Below the pieces are notes generated by a model, which was not told where the DNA came from, ran no database searches, and worked only from the letters and a program-made list of their open reading frames with translations. The translations under genes were made by a program, and so were the position numbers. Shown here piece after piece: positions 54,870 to 63,161 of a stretch of 64,000 nt of DNA. Source of the stretch: Peptococcia bacterium. GTDB lineage: Bacteria; Bacillota; Peptococcia; DRI-13; DTU073. The stretch lies in contig JBMNJH010000008.1 in the NCBI GenBank assembly GCA_050951565.1, forward strand, positions 11,111-75,110. Reading direction: 5' to 3'. The number at the start of each line of letters is the position of its first letter. Within the stretch, counting starts at the first letter, position 1.

Positions 54870-55397
54870 TTATTTCCGGTCAAAGTAAATGTTTTTGCCC
54901 GTCGCGGAAACAGGGACCCCAACCACCAGTTCTCCTTCAATGAGACCCATCTTTTTCGCCACGGCGCCGATCCGGTACATGATGCGGTTGTCCAGGTTAA
55001 ATATGCTTGCCGTTTTGGCCGCCGACCCTAAAGCCACCCCCAGGTCCAGCACTCGCCAGGCGCAAAGCGGCCCGTCAAATTCCGCCCCCTCGACGGTCTT
55101 GAGGTCGGCGCAACGGTCCTGGCCACAAGCTCCGCAGTTTAAGCCGGCCGGGCTTGCTTGATTAAGGGACAGCAACAAAACGGCACTGGAACGGCGGACG
55201 TTTTCCCCGTCCCGGTCGTAATTCCTGCGCTGAGTTTCCTTCCCATACTGCACCATGGCATCCGCCAGCCTGGCGACCCCTTCTCCGCTGACAATTTCAA
55301 TGCCCACAAAATCGTCACCCCGGGCCTTGGGCGCTGTTTTCGCCGCAAGCGCCATAAATTCCACTACCTTAAGAATAGCCTCGTCTAAATCAGGCAT
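54870..55397 (-). CDS. DUF2148 domain-containing protein (Cys-rich, ferredoxin-like)
   Basis: 175 aa. AAKTAPKARG, LNCGACGQDRC, DLGVALGSAAKTA, and C-terminal GKNIYFDRK, matching DUF2148 as recalled. Confidence 0.8.
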   Translation of the reverse strand: MPDLDEAILKVVEFMALAAKTAPKARGDDFVGIEIVSGEGVARLADAMVQYGKETQRRNYDRDGENVRRSSAVLLLSLNQASPAGLNCGACGQDRCADLKTVEGAEFDGPLCAWRVLDLGVALGSAAKTASIFNLDNRIMYRIGAVAKKMGLIEGELVVGVPVSATGKNIYFDRK

Positions 55398-55454
55398 CTT
55401 GCCAACCTCCTTTCCTTATCGCCGGACCGAATGCCTTTCTTTTTTGATTACTCC

Positions 55455-55820
55455 TTATTCATTCTCCTTGGGCGCTGCCTTTTCCTCTGTAGCTTTGCCT
55501 TTTTTTTCATCCACCACTTCTTCTACTTCCCTGACGATCCGGTAAGGCTTGGTGATGATGCGGACGGGCAAGGTTAAGATGGCGTGGCGCAAATCCTGCT
55601 TCAATTCCTCGTTTAAACGTTTCGGTTTCGTGAGGATCCGTTTTACCATATCTTTGGCATAGAGCTTTAACAGGGCTTCTTCGTGAAAAGGGACTTCCCG
55701 CCCGCAATTTTGACATTCGGAGCGAATCAGTACATCATTGCTGTAAACCAAAAAGTGGGGCCCCTCCTGATGACAACCGTTACAATAAAAGTCACATTCG
55801 ATGCGTTTCAGGCTCGTCAT
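55455..55820 (-). CDS. Zinc-ribbon hypothetical protein
   Basis: 121 aa. CDFYCNGC ... CQNC gives four Cys in ribbon spacing. K/E-rich C-terminus. Confidence 0.55.
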   Translation of the reverse strand: MTSLKRIECDFYCNGCHQEGPHFLVYSNDVLIRSECQNCGREVPFHEEALLKLYAKDMVKRILTKPKRLNEELKQDLRHAILTLPVRIITKPYRIVREVEEVVDEKKGKATEEKAAPKENE

Positions 55821-55823
55821 TGT

Positions 55824-56087
55824 TTACTCTCCAAAATTACTCTCAATTAACTCCACCAGGGCTTTTTCCGCTTCCTGTTCATCTTCCCCGTCAATCACCA
55901 GCGTAATCTTCGTTCCCTGGCCAATCCCGCCGGAGAGAACGGAGATAATGCTCTTGGCATTGATGGTTTTGTCCTCTTTTTCAATCGTCACCGAGGACTT
56001 GAATTTACCGGCCGTTTGCACAAACATGGAAGCCGGACGTGCGTGCAGGCCTGTTTTGTTGGTAATGGTAATTTCTCTTTTAATCAT
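55824..56087 (-). CDS. HPr family phosphocarrier protein (paralog 1)
   Basis: 87 aa. GLHARPA (His-15) and NAKSI (Ser-46). Overlaps the LevR-like gene end by 8 nt. Confidence 0.88.
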   Translation of the reverse strand: MIKREITITNKTGLHARPASMFVQTAGKFKSSVTIEKEDKTINAKSIISVLSGGIGQGTKITLVIDGEDEQEAEKALVELIESNFGE

Positions 56088-59000
56088 TTGTTACTGCCTC
56101 CCCATCTTTGTACTTTGTTAAAATCCTTAAGACTTCCTCTGCGTCATGTGCTTTTTTTATCGCTTTCGCAATTTCGGTATTCTTGATGATTTTATAAACG
56201 CGCCGGAAGGCGCTTTGGGCATCTTCATTAAGCGCCAGCAGAAAAACCAGCGACACCTTTTCTCCCTCTCCCCAGTCCACCGGCTCCTTTAAAACCAGGA
56301 CCCCAATCACGGGAACAATGATTTCCTCGCTATAACCGTGGGGGATGGCCAATTCATTACCGACAAAGGTGGAAGCCAGCTTTTCCCTTTCCAAAACCCC
56401 TTGGAGATAATGTGCGGTGACATAGCCCCGCTTGACTAATAAATCCGTGATTATATGCAAAGCTTCGTTTTTGTCTTTAGCTTGCGCATTTACCAGAATT
56501 AAATCCTTCCGAAACAAGGAATCCCCATGCTTAAAAAAGGAGGCGCCTCCTTTCCACAAAGCCAGGTGATCATTAACTAAGCGGATTAATTTGGCCATGC
56601 CGGCTCCTTTCAGGATTTCCGCCGAAGAGATAAAGGGTAGGTCGGGGTGTTTGGGATTAACCGTGCCCACAATGGCTAAAATATGCATGTTCCGCCTGAT
56701 TTTTTCGATTTGTTCCAGAATGTCGTTTTCATCCAGGATCCCTAAGGTCACAATTTTGACCTCCGGATTGATTTCCTTGATTCGATCGGCGATTTTCCGC
56801 TGGAGCAGTTTCGCGGTCCCGTCCCCCGTCAGGCAGAGACTGATGATGGCGCTTTCCTTTGGACCGAAAGAGGATAAATTGGCGATTTCCTGAGCCGTCC
56901 CCCATTCGCTGCTTTTTTCCTTGATTAACGAATCCGCCACATAATCCAGATCCGCATCCGGGAGGAGAACCTTGCGGACCGCTTCGATCACCATGACGGT
57001 GTCCACCCGCCCGACGGTGCGGGTCCTGATACCGGTCATTTGGGTGATCTGCTGGCCAAAACCCAGGGGCGAGCCCATATCCACCAAAAGCAAGACCCCT
57101 TTTTGCCGGTTGACCTGCCGCACTTTTTCCAAGGTCCTTTTTAAGGCTGCTTCCGGCTTTTCGTCCAAGGTCATCTCCACCGTCTTCACCAGATTGACCC
57201 CTAATAAGCGGTTGGCAACGGCGGCCATCCCTTCCGCCACGTGGCCGTGGGAGATGACAATAAGGCCGATGGTATCCTGCGGGTGCACTTCCTTCTTGGA
57301 GAGTGTCCGCAAATACATGGCAATAAAGCCGATTTCCTCTTCCGGCAGTTCGATTCCTAAATAGTAGTGGGTCAGGGACGCCATTTCCGTAGCAAGCTTA
57401 AACTCTTTGGCGTAATCCTCCTTCACCTTTTCCAGGTGGGGATTCGTAATCGCTTTTCCCGATTTGATCCTTTCCACGGAGGCATTCAGGTGGGTGGCCA
57501 GACAATAAAAGAGGGTTTCATCAAGTTCGCCCAGACCGGATTCCGCAATTTTAATCATTTCCTCGACCAATTCCACGATTTTTGGACCTACAATCAGCTT
57601 TAAATCGTCTTTAATGTACTTGTTTTTGTTTTTTTGCACCTGCTTGATAATATTTTTAACCTTGATTTCCAGATCATCGCCAATTAGTTTGTTAATCACC
57701 GCATTGGAAAAACCCAGCTCCTGCAGCTTCTGGTAGTTTTCCTCAATGTTCCGGTAGATTTCGGCAGGCAGGTTATAGAGATTGTCGCCGCCGGTGTTGT
57801 TATTGTTGTTTTCCAGGGACACCCCGTCCCCCGCGGCCTGGTAAGGATAAAAGACGAGGTCGCCGGTGATAAACTGTTCAATCTCCATCCGGTTCCAACT
57901 GGCATTAATCATCCCTTTGGCCACATGGGAAGGCAAAGCCCCTAAATCCACATAGATCCCCGCGTCCTCTTGATTTCCTTTAATCTGCATCTCGGCCATA
58001 TAGGTCAGAAAGCCACGGGCGCAGGCCACCTGGATATCCGAACGGAGTTGTCCGATGTTGCCGAGGCACTCGTAAACCAAAAGAGCCTTTAAGGCATTGT
58101 AGGACACGGTAATCCGGTTATGAATGCGGGCAGCTTCCTTTCGGAAAAACATTTTTATAATTTCAAACCTTTCTTCCGCAGGCCGGCCCGCTAAGGGCGG
58201 TAGTTCAATAATCATCGGAATCCGGCGGCGGAAAGTCCCCAGGAGGCTTGTTTCAATATCTTCCGTGGTAGCCGCGATAATCATGACATGGGCCGACAAG
58301 GTGGAAGATGTTTCCCCGAGCCTCCGGTATTTGCCCTTGTCAATCAGTTGAAACAAAATCTCCTGCCCATCAGGCGGGAGACGGTGCACTTCGTCCAAAA
58401 AGAGAATCCCGCCGTCGGCTTTGGCCACCAGGCCGTCCCGGTCCGTATCCGCCCCGGTAAAAGCTCCTTTTTTGTAACCAAATAATTGGGCCAGCAAAAG
58501 CTGGGGGTTTTCGGCATAATCGGCGCAGTTAAAAACTACAAAAGGAAATTGTTGCGCTTTCAGTTTTTTGACCTGTAAAGCATATTTATACATGGCCTCC
58601 GCCATTTCACTTTTGCCCACACCGGTCATCCCCACAATCAAGGTGTGCAAACCATGGGGAGGATAAAGCACCGCCGCCTTGGCCTGTTCCACCTTGACCC
58701 GCAGGCTCTTGTCCCAGCCAATCATGGCCGAAAAGGGGTCCACGCCCTGGAAAACAAAGCCCTGCCGCGTTTCCTCTTCCCTTCCGCTGACCGGTCCTTG
58801 CTCTCTTGGCATGCCCTTTTCTTTTGCGGCCGGGTTTTTCCCGGCTGCGTCCGGCTTTGACGGCGCGCCTGGTAAAGTCCCCTCCTGGGCCATCTCGCTT
58901 AGGATTTTCGAGATACTGTACCTGGAAACAGCAAAGCCCCGGTTGTTAATCTCCGTGGTGAGCATTCGCTCCGAGATGCCGGGCGAAGCCGTTAAAATCG

Positions 59001-59178
59001 CTTTGATTTCTTTGATTAACAAAGGCTTTCTTCTTTCCCGGGAATCGGCGATATTGGCCGCCTGCCTCAGTTGGGTCACCTCGCTGCGGTTCATGTAAAG
59101 CCGTTTGGCTAATTCCTCATCGGTAAAAGGATTCTTTTTATCTTCTTGCTCGATCAGGTGCAACAATTTTTCCTTCAT
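56080..59178 (-). CDS. Sigma-54-dependent transcriptional activator with PTS regulation domains (LevR-type)
   Basis: 1032 aa. N-terminal HTH. AAA+ domain with GMTGVGKS, GAFTGA and ILFLDEVHRL. Then a PRD, an EIIA-Man-like ISHGHVAEG, an EIIB-like CLTGDGTAKLL, and a C-terminal EIIA-2-like AIPHG. Confidence 0.9.
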   Translation of the reverse strand: MKEKLLHLIEQEDKKNPFTDEELAKRLYMNRSEVTQLRQAANIADSRERRKPLLIKEIKAILTASPGISERMLTTEINNRGFAVSRYSISKILSEMAQEGTLPGAPSKPDAAGKNPAAKEKGMPREQGPVSGREEETRQGFVFQGVDPFSAMIGWDKSLRVKVEQAKAAVLYPPHGLHTLIVGMTGVGKSEMAEAMYKYALQVKKLKAQQFPFVVFNCADYAENPQLLLAQLFGYKKGAFTGADTDRDGLVAKADGGILFLDEVHRLPPDGQEILFQLIDKGKYRRLGETSSTLSAHVMIIAATTEDIETSLLGTFRRRIPMIIELPPLAGRPAEERFEIIKMFFRKEAARIHNRITVSYNALKALLVYECLGNIGQLRSDIQVACARGFLTYMAEMQIKGNQEDAGIYVDLGALPSHVAKGMINASWNRMEIEQFITGDLVFYPYQAAGDGVSLENNNNNTGGDNLYNLPAEIYRNIEENYQKLQELGFSNAVINKLIGDDLEIKVKNIIKQVQKNKNKYIKDDLKLIVGPKIVELVEEMIKIAESGLGELDETLFYCLATHLNASVERIKSGKAITNPHLEKVKEDYAKEFKLATEMASLTHYYLGIELPEEEIGFIAMYLRTLSKKEVHPQDTIGLIVISHGHVAEGMAAVANRLLGVNLVKTVEMTLDEKPEAALKRTLEKVRQVNRQKGVLLLVDMGSPLGFGQQITQMTGIRTRTVGRVDTVMVIEAVRKVLLPDADLDYVADSLIKEKSSEWGTAQEIANLSSFGPKESAIISLCLTGDGTAKLLQRKIADRIKEINPEVKIVTLGILDENDILEQIEKIRRNMHILAIVGTVNPKHPDLPFISSAEILKGAGMAKLIRLVNDHLALWKGGASFFKHGDSLFRKDLILVNAQAKDKNEALHIITDLLVKRGYVTAHYLQGVLEREKLASTFVGNELAIPHGYSEEIIVPVIGVLVLKEPVDWGEGEKVSLVFLLALNEDAQSAFRRVYKIIKNTEIAKAIKKAHDAEEVLRILTKYKDGEAVTND

Positions 59179-59255
59179 CAGCTATCCTCCTACATCCCGC
59201 GGGTCACCAAGGAGCAATCCTGCCCAAGAGAATCCCTCCCGGGCAAAACTCTTCC

Positions 59256-60017
59256 CTAAGCATAAGTACGACCACCATCGAGGATAATAACCTGCCCATT
59301 GATAAAACTGCCTAAATCCGAGGCAAGAAAGGCGGCCAGATAAGCCACGTCTTCCGGGTACCCCAATCTTCTCAAGGGCACCTGCAAAATCAGTTTGTGC
59401 TGGTCCTCCGGACTGGGATAAAGACTTTTCAGAAAATCCGTCACGATTAAAGTTGGCGCCAGCACATTAGTCCTGATTCCTTTAGGTCCTAAAGAACGGG
59501 CCAGGTTTCTCGTAAAACCAATCAGCGCCGATTTGGAAGCAGCGTAATGCGGGCCACCCCCACCGCCGGTATAGGCCCCGGTGGAAGCGATATTAATGAT
59601 GACGCCGCTCTGGGTAGGCAACATAAAAGGCAATACTTCCTTCACACTATAAAACGCGCCCAGCAGGTTTACTTGCATGGTCTTTTCGAGCTCCCCGTAA
59701 GCCAGCTCTTCGATCCCCTTCCGTGAGGTTATGCCCGCGTTATTGACCAGAATATCGATTTTGCCATATTTCTGCCCCACCTGCTCGCAGATTCTCCTGA
59801 CCTCGGCCGGTTCACTGACACTGCCCTGCACAGGAAAAGCCTCGCCCCCCAGCGTCTCAATCTCCTGGACTAAGGACCGGGCATCCGCTTCACTCTGCGC
59901 ATAGTTTACCGCCACTTTGGCCCCGCATTGGGCAAAAGTGAGGGCAATACTCCGTCCGATTCCTCTGGAGGCACCGGTAATTAAAGCAACTTTAGAAGCT
60001 AAATCGATGGCCAGCAT
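59256..60017 (-). CDS. SDR family oxidoreductase (FabG-like)
   Basis: TGASRGIG, NNAG, Y..ASK catalytic motif. Start chosen at MLAIDLASK; the track start at 60041 is also possible. Confidence 0.85.
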   Translation of the reverse strand: MLAIDLASKVALITGASRGIGRSIALTFAQCGAKVAVNYAQSEADARSLVQEIETLGGEAFPVQGSVSEPAEVRRICEQVGQKYGKIDILVNNAGITSRKGIEELAYGELEKTMQVNLLGAFYSVKEVLPFMLPTQSGVIINIASTGAYTGGGGGPHYAASKSALIGFTRNLARSLGPKGIRTNVLAPTLIVTDFLKSLYPSPEDQHKLILQVPLRRLGYPEDVAYLAAFLASDLGSFINGQVIILDGGRTYA

Positions 60018-60125
60018 CCTGCACACGCCCCCTTCTGCCACTTTCTTTCCGCTTGCGTTTTTTCATTCATCTGCCCTTTGCTTTTTTACCCCTGGGCTTT
60101 TCATTGGCCCTTTTTACTGTTTATT

Positions 60126-60815
60126 TTACTTCGCTGTCCTTACTTTCTCCCGTTTCCCGGGTCCGGGTTGTTGCGCTTTTTCGGGGTGTAACCGTTGTTG
60201 CCAGTAGGTCAGTTTCTGCATCAACTCATCGCCGTTGCTCATTTCTTTGGGGAAAAACCAGTACCGGCCCCGCATGAAATTATTCCGGCCAATCCGCAGA
60301 AGCACCTTGCTGGTTAGGGGAAACCGGCGGACGTTCAGGTAATCCAAATCGGCCCACCGGAATTCATGGGCCCGACCAAAGCCGTGAAAGCGGATTTTTT
60401 CCCCATCATCCGTGATTTTGGCCGGATTATTTAAACCAACCACTTCAAAAAACAGGACGACGGACACGAGAATGATTATATACTGGTAAAAGAGATTGTC
60501 GGGATTCTGGATAAAGTTGACGATGGCACCGGCCAGGATCACCGTCATCAAGATAACCGGGCCCAGGGAAGCAAAAAGATATTTGGAGGTGGTATACTTA
60601 TACACCCTTACTCCCTGTGGCCATGTGGGAACGGCGTTTTCTCCCGCAAGCCCCTGCTTCTCTTTGGTCAAATCCGCTTTCGCTTTAGCCGTAGCAGCCG
60701 CATTTTCGTTCATCGCGGTATTTTTCACTCTTGCTGCATGCTCATCCACTGGCGGTCCCCCTTTAGGTCCCTTTTCCCCTTTTATAGCCCCTAGGGGATA
60801 GACAATTCCCTTCAT
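60126..60815 (-). CDS. Hypothetical membrane protein (two TM helices plus a PH-like soluble domain)
   Basis: 229 aa in the track. The real start may be the GTG at 60749 (preceded by AAAGGGGGA), because the sigma-54 promoter predicts a transcript start at about 60814. Confidence 0.5.
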   Translation of the reverse strand: MKGIVYPLGAIKGEKGPKGGPPVDEHAARVKNTAMNENAAATAKAKADLTKEKQGLAGENAVPTWPQGVRVYKYTTSKYLFASLGPVILMTVILAGAIVNFIQNPDNLFYQYIIILVSVVLFFEVVGLNNPAKITDDGEKIRFHGFGRAHEFRWADLDYLNVRRFPLTSKVLLRIGRNNFMRGRYWFFPKEMSNGDELMQKLTYWQQRLHPEKAQQPGPGKREKVRTAK

Positions 60816-60823
60816 TTTATTAA

Positions 60824-60839
60824 TGCAAAAAAGGTGCCC
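60824..60839 (-). promoter_or_regulatory. Sigma-54 (-24/-12) promoter GGGCAC-CTTTT-TTGCA
   Basis: Minus strand reads ttttGGGCACcttttTTGCAttaataaaATG. GGCAC-N5-TTGCA matches the TGGCAC-N5-TTGCA consensus except for the first T. A sigma-54 activator gene lies 1.6 kb downstream. Confidence 0.7.
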
Positions 60840-60886
60840 AAAACCGGCATATACTGTTGTTTAAAAAATGTGGGTGGTGGCCGCCT

Positions 60887-61534
60887 TTACTTTTGCCCGT
60901 AGCGCTCCACAATCCACTGCCGCAAAACCTGGCATTCGTCCGGATCCATTTCTTTCAGGCGGCCCAGCATTTTGGCGTAAAAGGTGATTTTGGCCGCTTC
61001 TTCCACGATCACCGCATTGGCAAAAGCAGTCTTAATATCGGGTCCTACGGTTAACAGGCCGTGGTTGGACATCAACACCGCAGATTTGTCTTCTAAAGTC
61101 TCCGCAACAGTTTCCGCCAGTTCCACCGAACCCATCCGCCGGTAAGGGGCTGTTTTCACAGGTTCAGCCACTAAAGCTGCCAGTTCCGCGGCAACCAGCG
61201 TAAACTCCACATCACAGGAGGCCCAGGCCGTCGCAAAGACGGAATGGGTATGCACGACCCCGCCCACATCCTTTCTTTTCCGGTAAACAGTGGTGTGCAG
61301 CGGCGTTTCGATGGAGGGCTTCCGGTCTCCCTCGATGGTTTTCCCCTGCTCATCCACAACCACAATATCAGCCGGTTCAAGTTCCTCATAATCCATTCCG
61401 CTGGGCGTGATACAAATATGGCCGGTGGCAGGGTCCCGCAAGCTGAAATTACCAAAAGTTAAGGAAATTAACCCCATTTGCTGAGCTTTCAGCGCAATTT
61501 TGATGACCATTTCCCGTTCCTTTTTTAATAGCAT
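60887..61534 (-). CDS. Class II aldolase/adducin family protein (FucA/AraD/MtnB-like)
   Basis: 215 aa. FGNFSLR, ITPSG, KPSIETPLH, VVHTHS, SNHGLLTVG (zinc His ligands). Confidence 0.88.
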   Translation of the reverse strand: MLLKKEREMVIKIALKAQQMGLISLTFGNFSLRDPATGHICITPSGMDYEELEPADIVVVDEQGKTIEGDRKPSIETPLHTTVYRKRKDVGGVVHTHSVFATAWASCDVEFTLVAAELAALVAEPVKTAPYRRMGSVELAETVAETLEDKSAVLMSNHGLLTVGPDIKTAFANAVIVEEAAKITFYAKMLGRLKEMDPDECQVLRQWIVERYGQK

Positions 61535-61644
61535 TGATCCAACACTCCCTTCTGTTCTCGCTTTTTATTATGCAACTTGACCCCTGTTTTTATGTAAACA
61601 AGCCCTGTTCTCGCGTTAGGGTTTCCCTAAGGGCAGTGATAGTA

Positions 61645-61680
61645 ATTCAGAGCTGGAGCAATTGCCGACCAGCTCTGAAT
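61645..61680. other. Perfect 12-bp stem hairpin ATTCAGAGCTGG-N12-CCAGCTCTGAAT between the RLP and aldolase genes
   Basis: Read directly. No U-tract on either strand. Confidence 0.6.
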
Positions 61681-61754
61681 CATTCGTTATACTATTATGT
61701 GTGTGTTGAAGCTCTTCTGAGGATGGTCACACTTAGCTAAACAACTCACCAAAA

Positions 61755-63074
61755 TTAATTCTTTTTGAGATCGTAGATGTCTTTCTCACCGTAAATACCC
61801 CAGGCATCGATGGCTGCTTTCAGTTCCTTGTTGGCCGGATCCTGACAAGCTTCTCTCAAGCTTTGTCCCTTCATAACAGCGTCAATACCTTGTCTGAAGG
61901 CTTTTCCACCGGCAACAGTGCCCATCGGATGGCCAATGACCGCACCACCGGCAGCGATTATAACATCCTTGCCAAACTTGTGGATTAATTCTTCAATGTG
62001 GCCCTGTGTGGTTCCGCCACCAGGCATCAGCATCATGGGTTTAATATTCTTCCACGGGCTGGCCATCGCATAGGAGGTGTTAAGGAAGGCATCCATGCTG
62101 AAGGGGAACTTACCGTATGGGCTTAACAATATCGCCATGTCCATACCGGCTAAACGAGGTAATTTCGCATTGGCCAGCAAGACGGAGATTCCGGAGGAGT
62201 CGGATACCGACAAAGCGCCTTGCAGGTCAGGATGGGAGAGAATCGGCACATTGATTTCCGGATCTTCGGCCAACATTCTCGCGGCATCCAAACCAATAGT
62301 CCAGGTGTTGACCATTAAACCATTGGCACCGGCTTCGATAGCCCGTAAAGCGTTGTCTCTGAGTTTTTCGGTCCTGTCCGTAATGTTGAAGGTGAAAATG
62401 GTCTTTTCGCCCTTTTCCTCATCAGCAGCTTTCAGAGCCTTCATGACCTCTTTAACTCTTTCTTCCAAGGGGCAATAGGGTTGATCGGCTGTTAATTCAT
62501 CGTCTTTAATGATATCAACGCCGCCTAAAGCAACTTCATAAGCCAGTTCGGCAGTTTGTTTCGGATTCAAACCGGTGCAGGGTTTAATCATGTTGTTGAT
62601 GAGCGGTCTGTCATAAACGCCTAACACTTCGCGGATCCCCTGGGTACCGAATTTCGGCCCTTGGAACTGAGCCAGGTAACTTTCCGGGAACTCAACGTCC
62701 ATTAATTTTAACTTGCCCATGAAAGAAATGTTACCTACTAATACGGTTAATATCATCGAGAAAGCGGTGCCAACATTAACCACCGGGAAAGCAACTCTGA
62801 GGATGTATTGTCTTTCGAGAACATCATCAGGCAGGGCGCCGATATAGGCCGGGATTTCATAAAGGCCCACCACACGGCCTAAATGCTTTTGTCTTAATTC
62901 CGGGGTTTCACCGGGAACAGGCGTCCAGGTGCCGGAAGTTTGTTCAACAGCGATGGCGGCAGCATATTTTACTGATTCCACATCACGGTTGGTTTGAATG
63001 TAGTAAGTAGCGATAATAAAGTCTTCTTTTTCAATTCCATCCGGGAATTGCATAAATAAGGGATCTACATACAT
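61755..63074 (-). CDS. RuBisCO large-subunit-like protein (form IV RLP type)
   Basis: 439 aa. AVEQTSGTWT, VGNISF, IKPCTGL (KPK with the second Lys replaced), GGVDIIKDDE, PGGG, AGGAVIGHP. The HxHRA block is replaced by LSHPDLQ. Confidence 0.8.
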   Translation of the reverse strand: MYVDPLFMQFPDGIEKEDFIIATYYIQTNRDVESVKYAAAIAVEQTSGTWTPVPGETPELRQKHLGRVVGLYEIPAYIGALPDDVLERQYILRVAFPVVNVGTAFSMILTVLVGNISFMGKLKLMDVEFPESYLAQFQGPKFGTQGIREVLGVYDRPLINNMIKPCTGLNPKQTAELAYEVALGGVDIIKDDELTADQPYCPLEERVKEVMKALKAADEEKGEKTIFTFNITDRTEKLRDNALRAIEAGANGLMVNTWTIGLDAARMLAEDPEINVPILSHPDLQGALSVSDSSGISVLLANAKLPRLAGMDMAILLSPYGKFPFSMDAFLNTSYAMASPWKNIKPMMLMPGGGTTQGHIEELIHKFGKDVIIAAGGAVIGHPMGTVAGGKAFRQGIDAVMKGQSLREACQDPANKELKAAIDAWGIYGEKDIYDLKKN

Positions 63075-63132
63075 TTTCTCTGACCTCCTGTTTTTAGTAT
63101 GATTTTGTTAGATGTTTTGTTGGATCTATCTC

Positions 63133-63161
63133 AACTTTTTGGCGGGCCCGGCCAAAAAGTT
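63133..63161. other. 11-bp stem hairpin AACTTTTTGGC-GGGCCCG-GCCAAAAAGTT overlapping the regulator stop codon (possible terminator)
   Basis: Read directly. No separate U-tract beyond the stem. Confidence 0.4.

Noticed and set aside
59195-59215. Sigma-54-like string TGGGCAGGATTGCT upstream of the LevR-type gene (minus strand)
   Set aside because: The GG-to-GC spacing is 9 nt instead of 12, so it cannot be a -24/-12 promoter.
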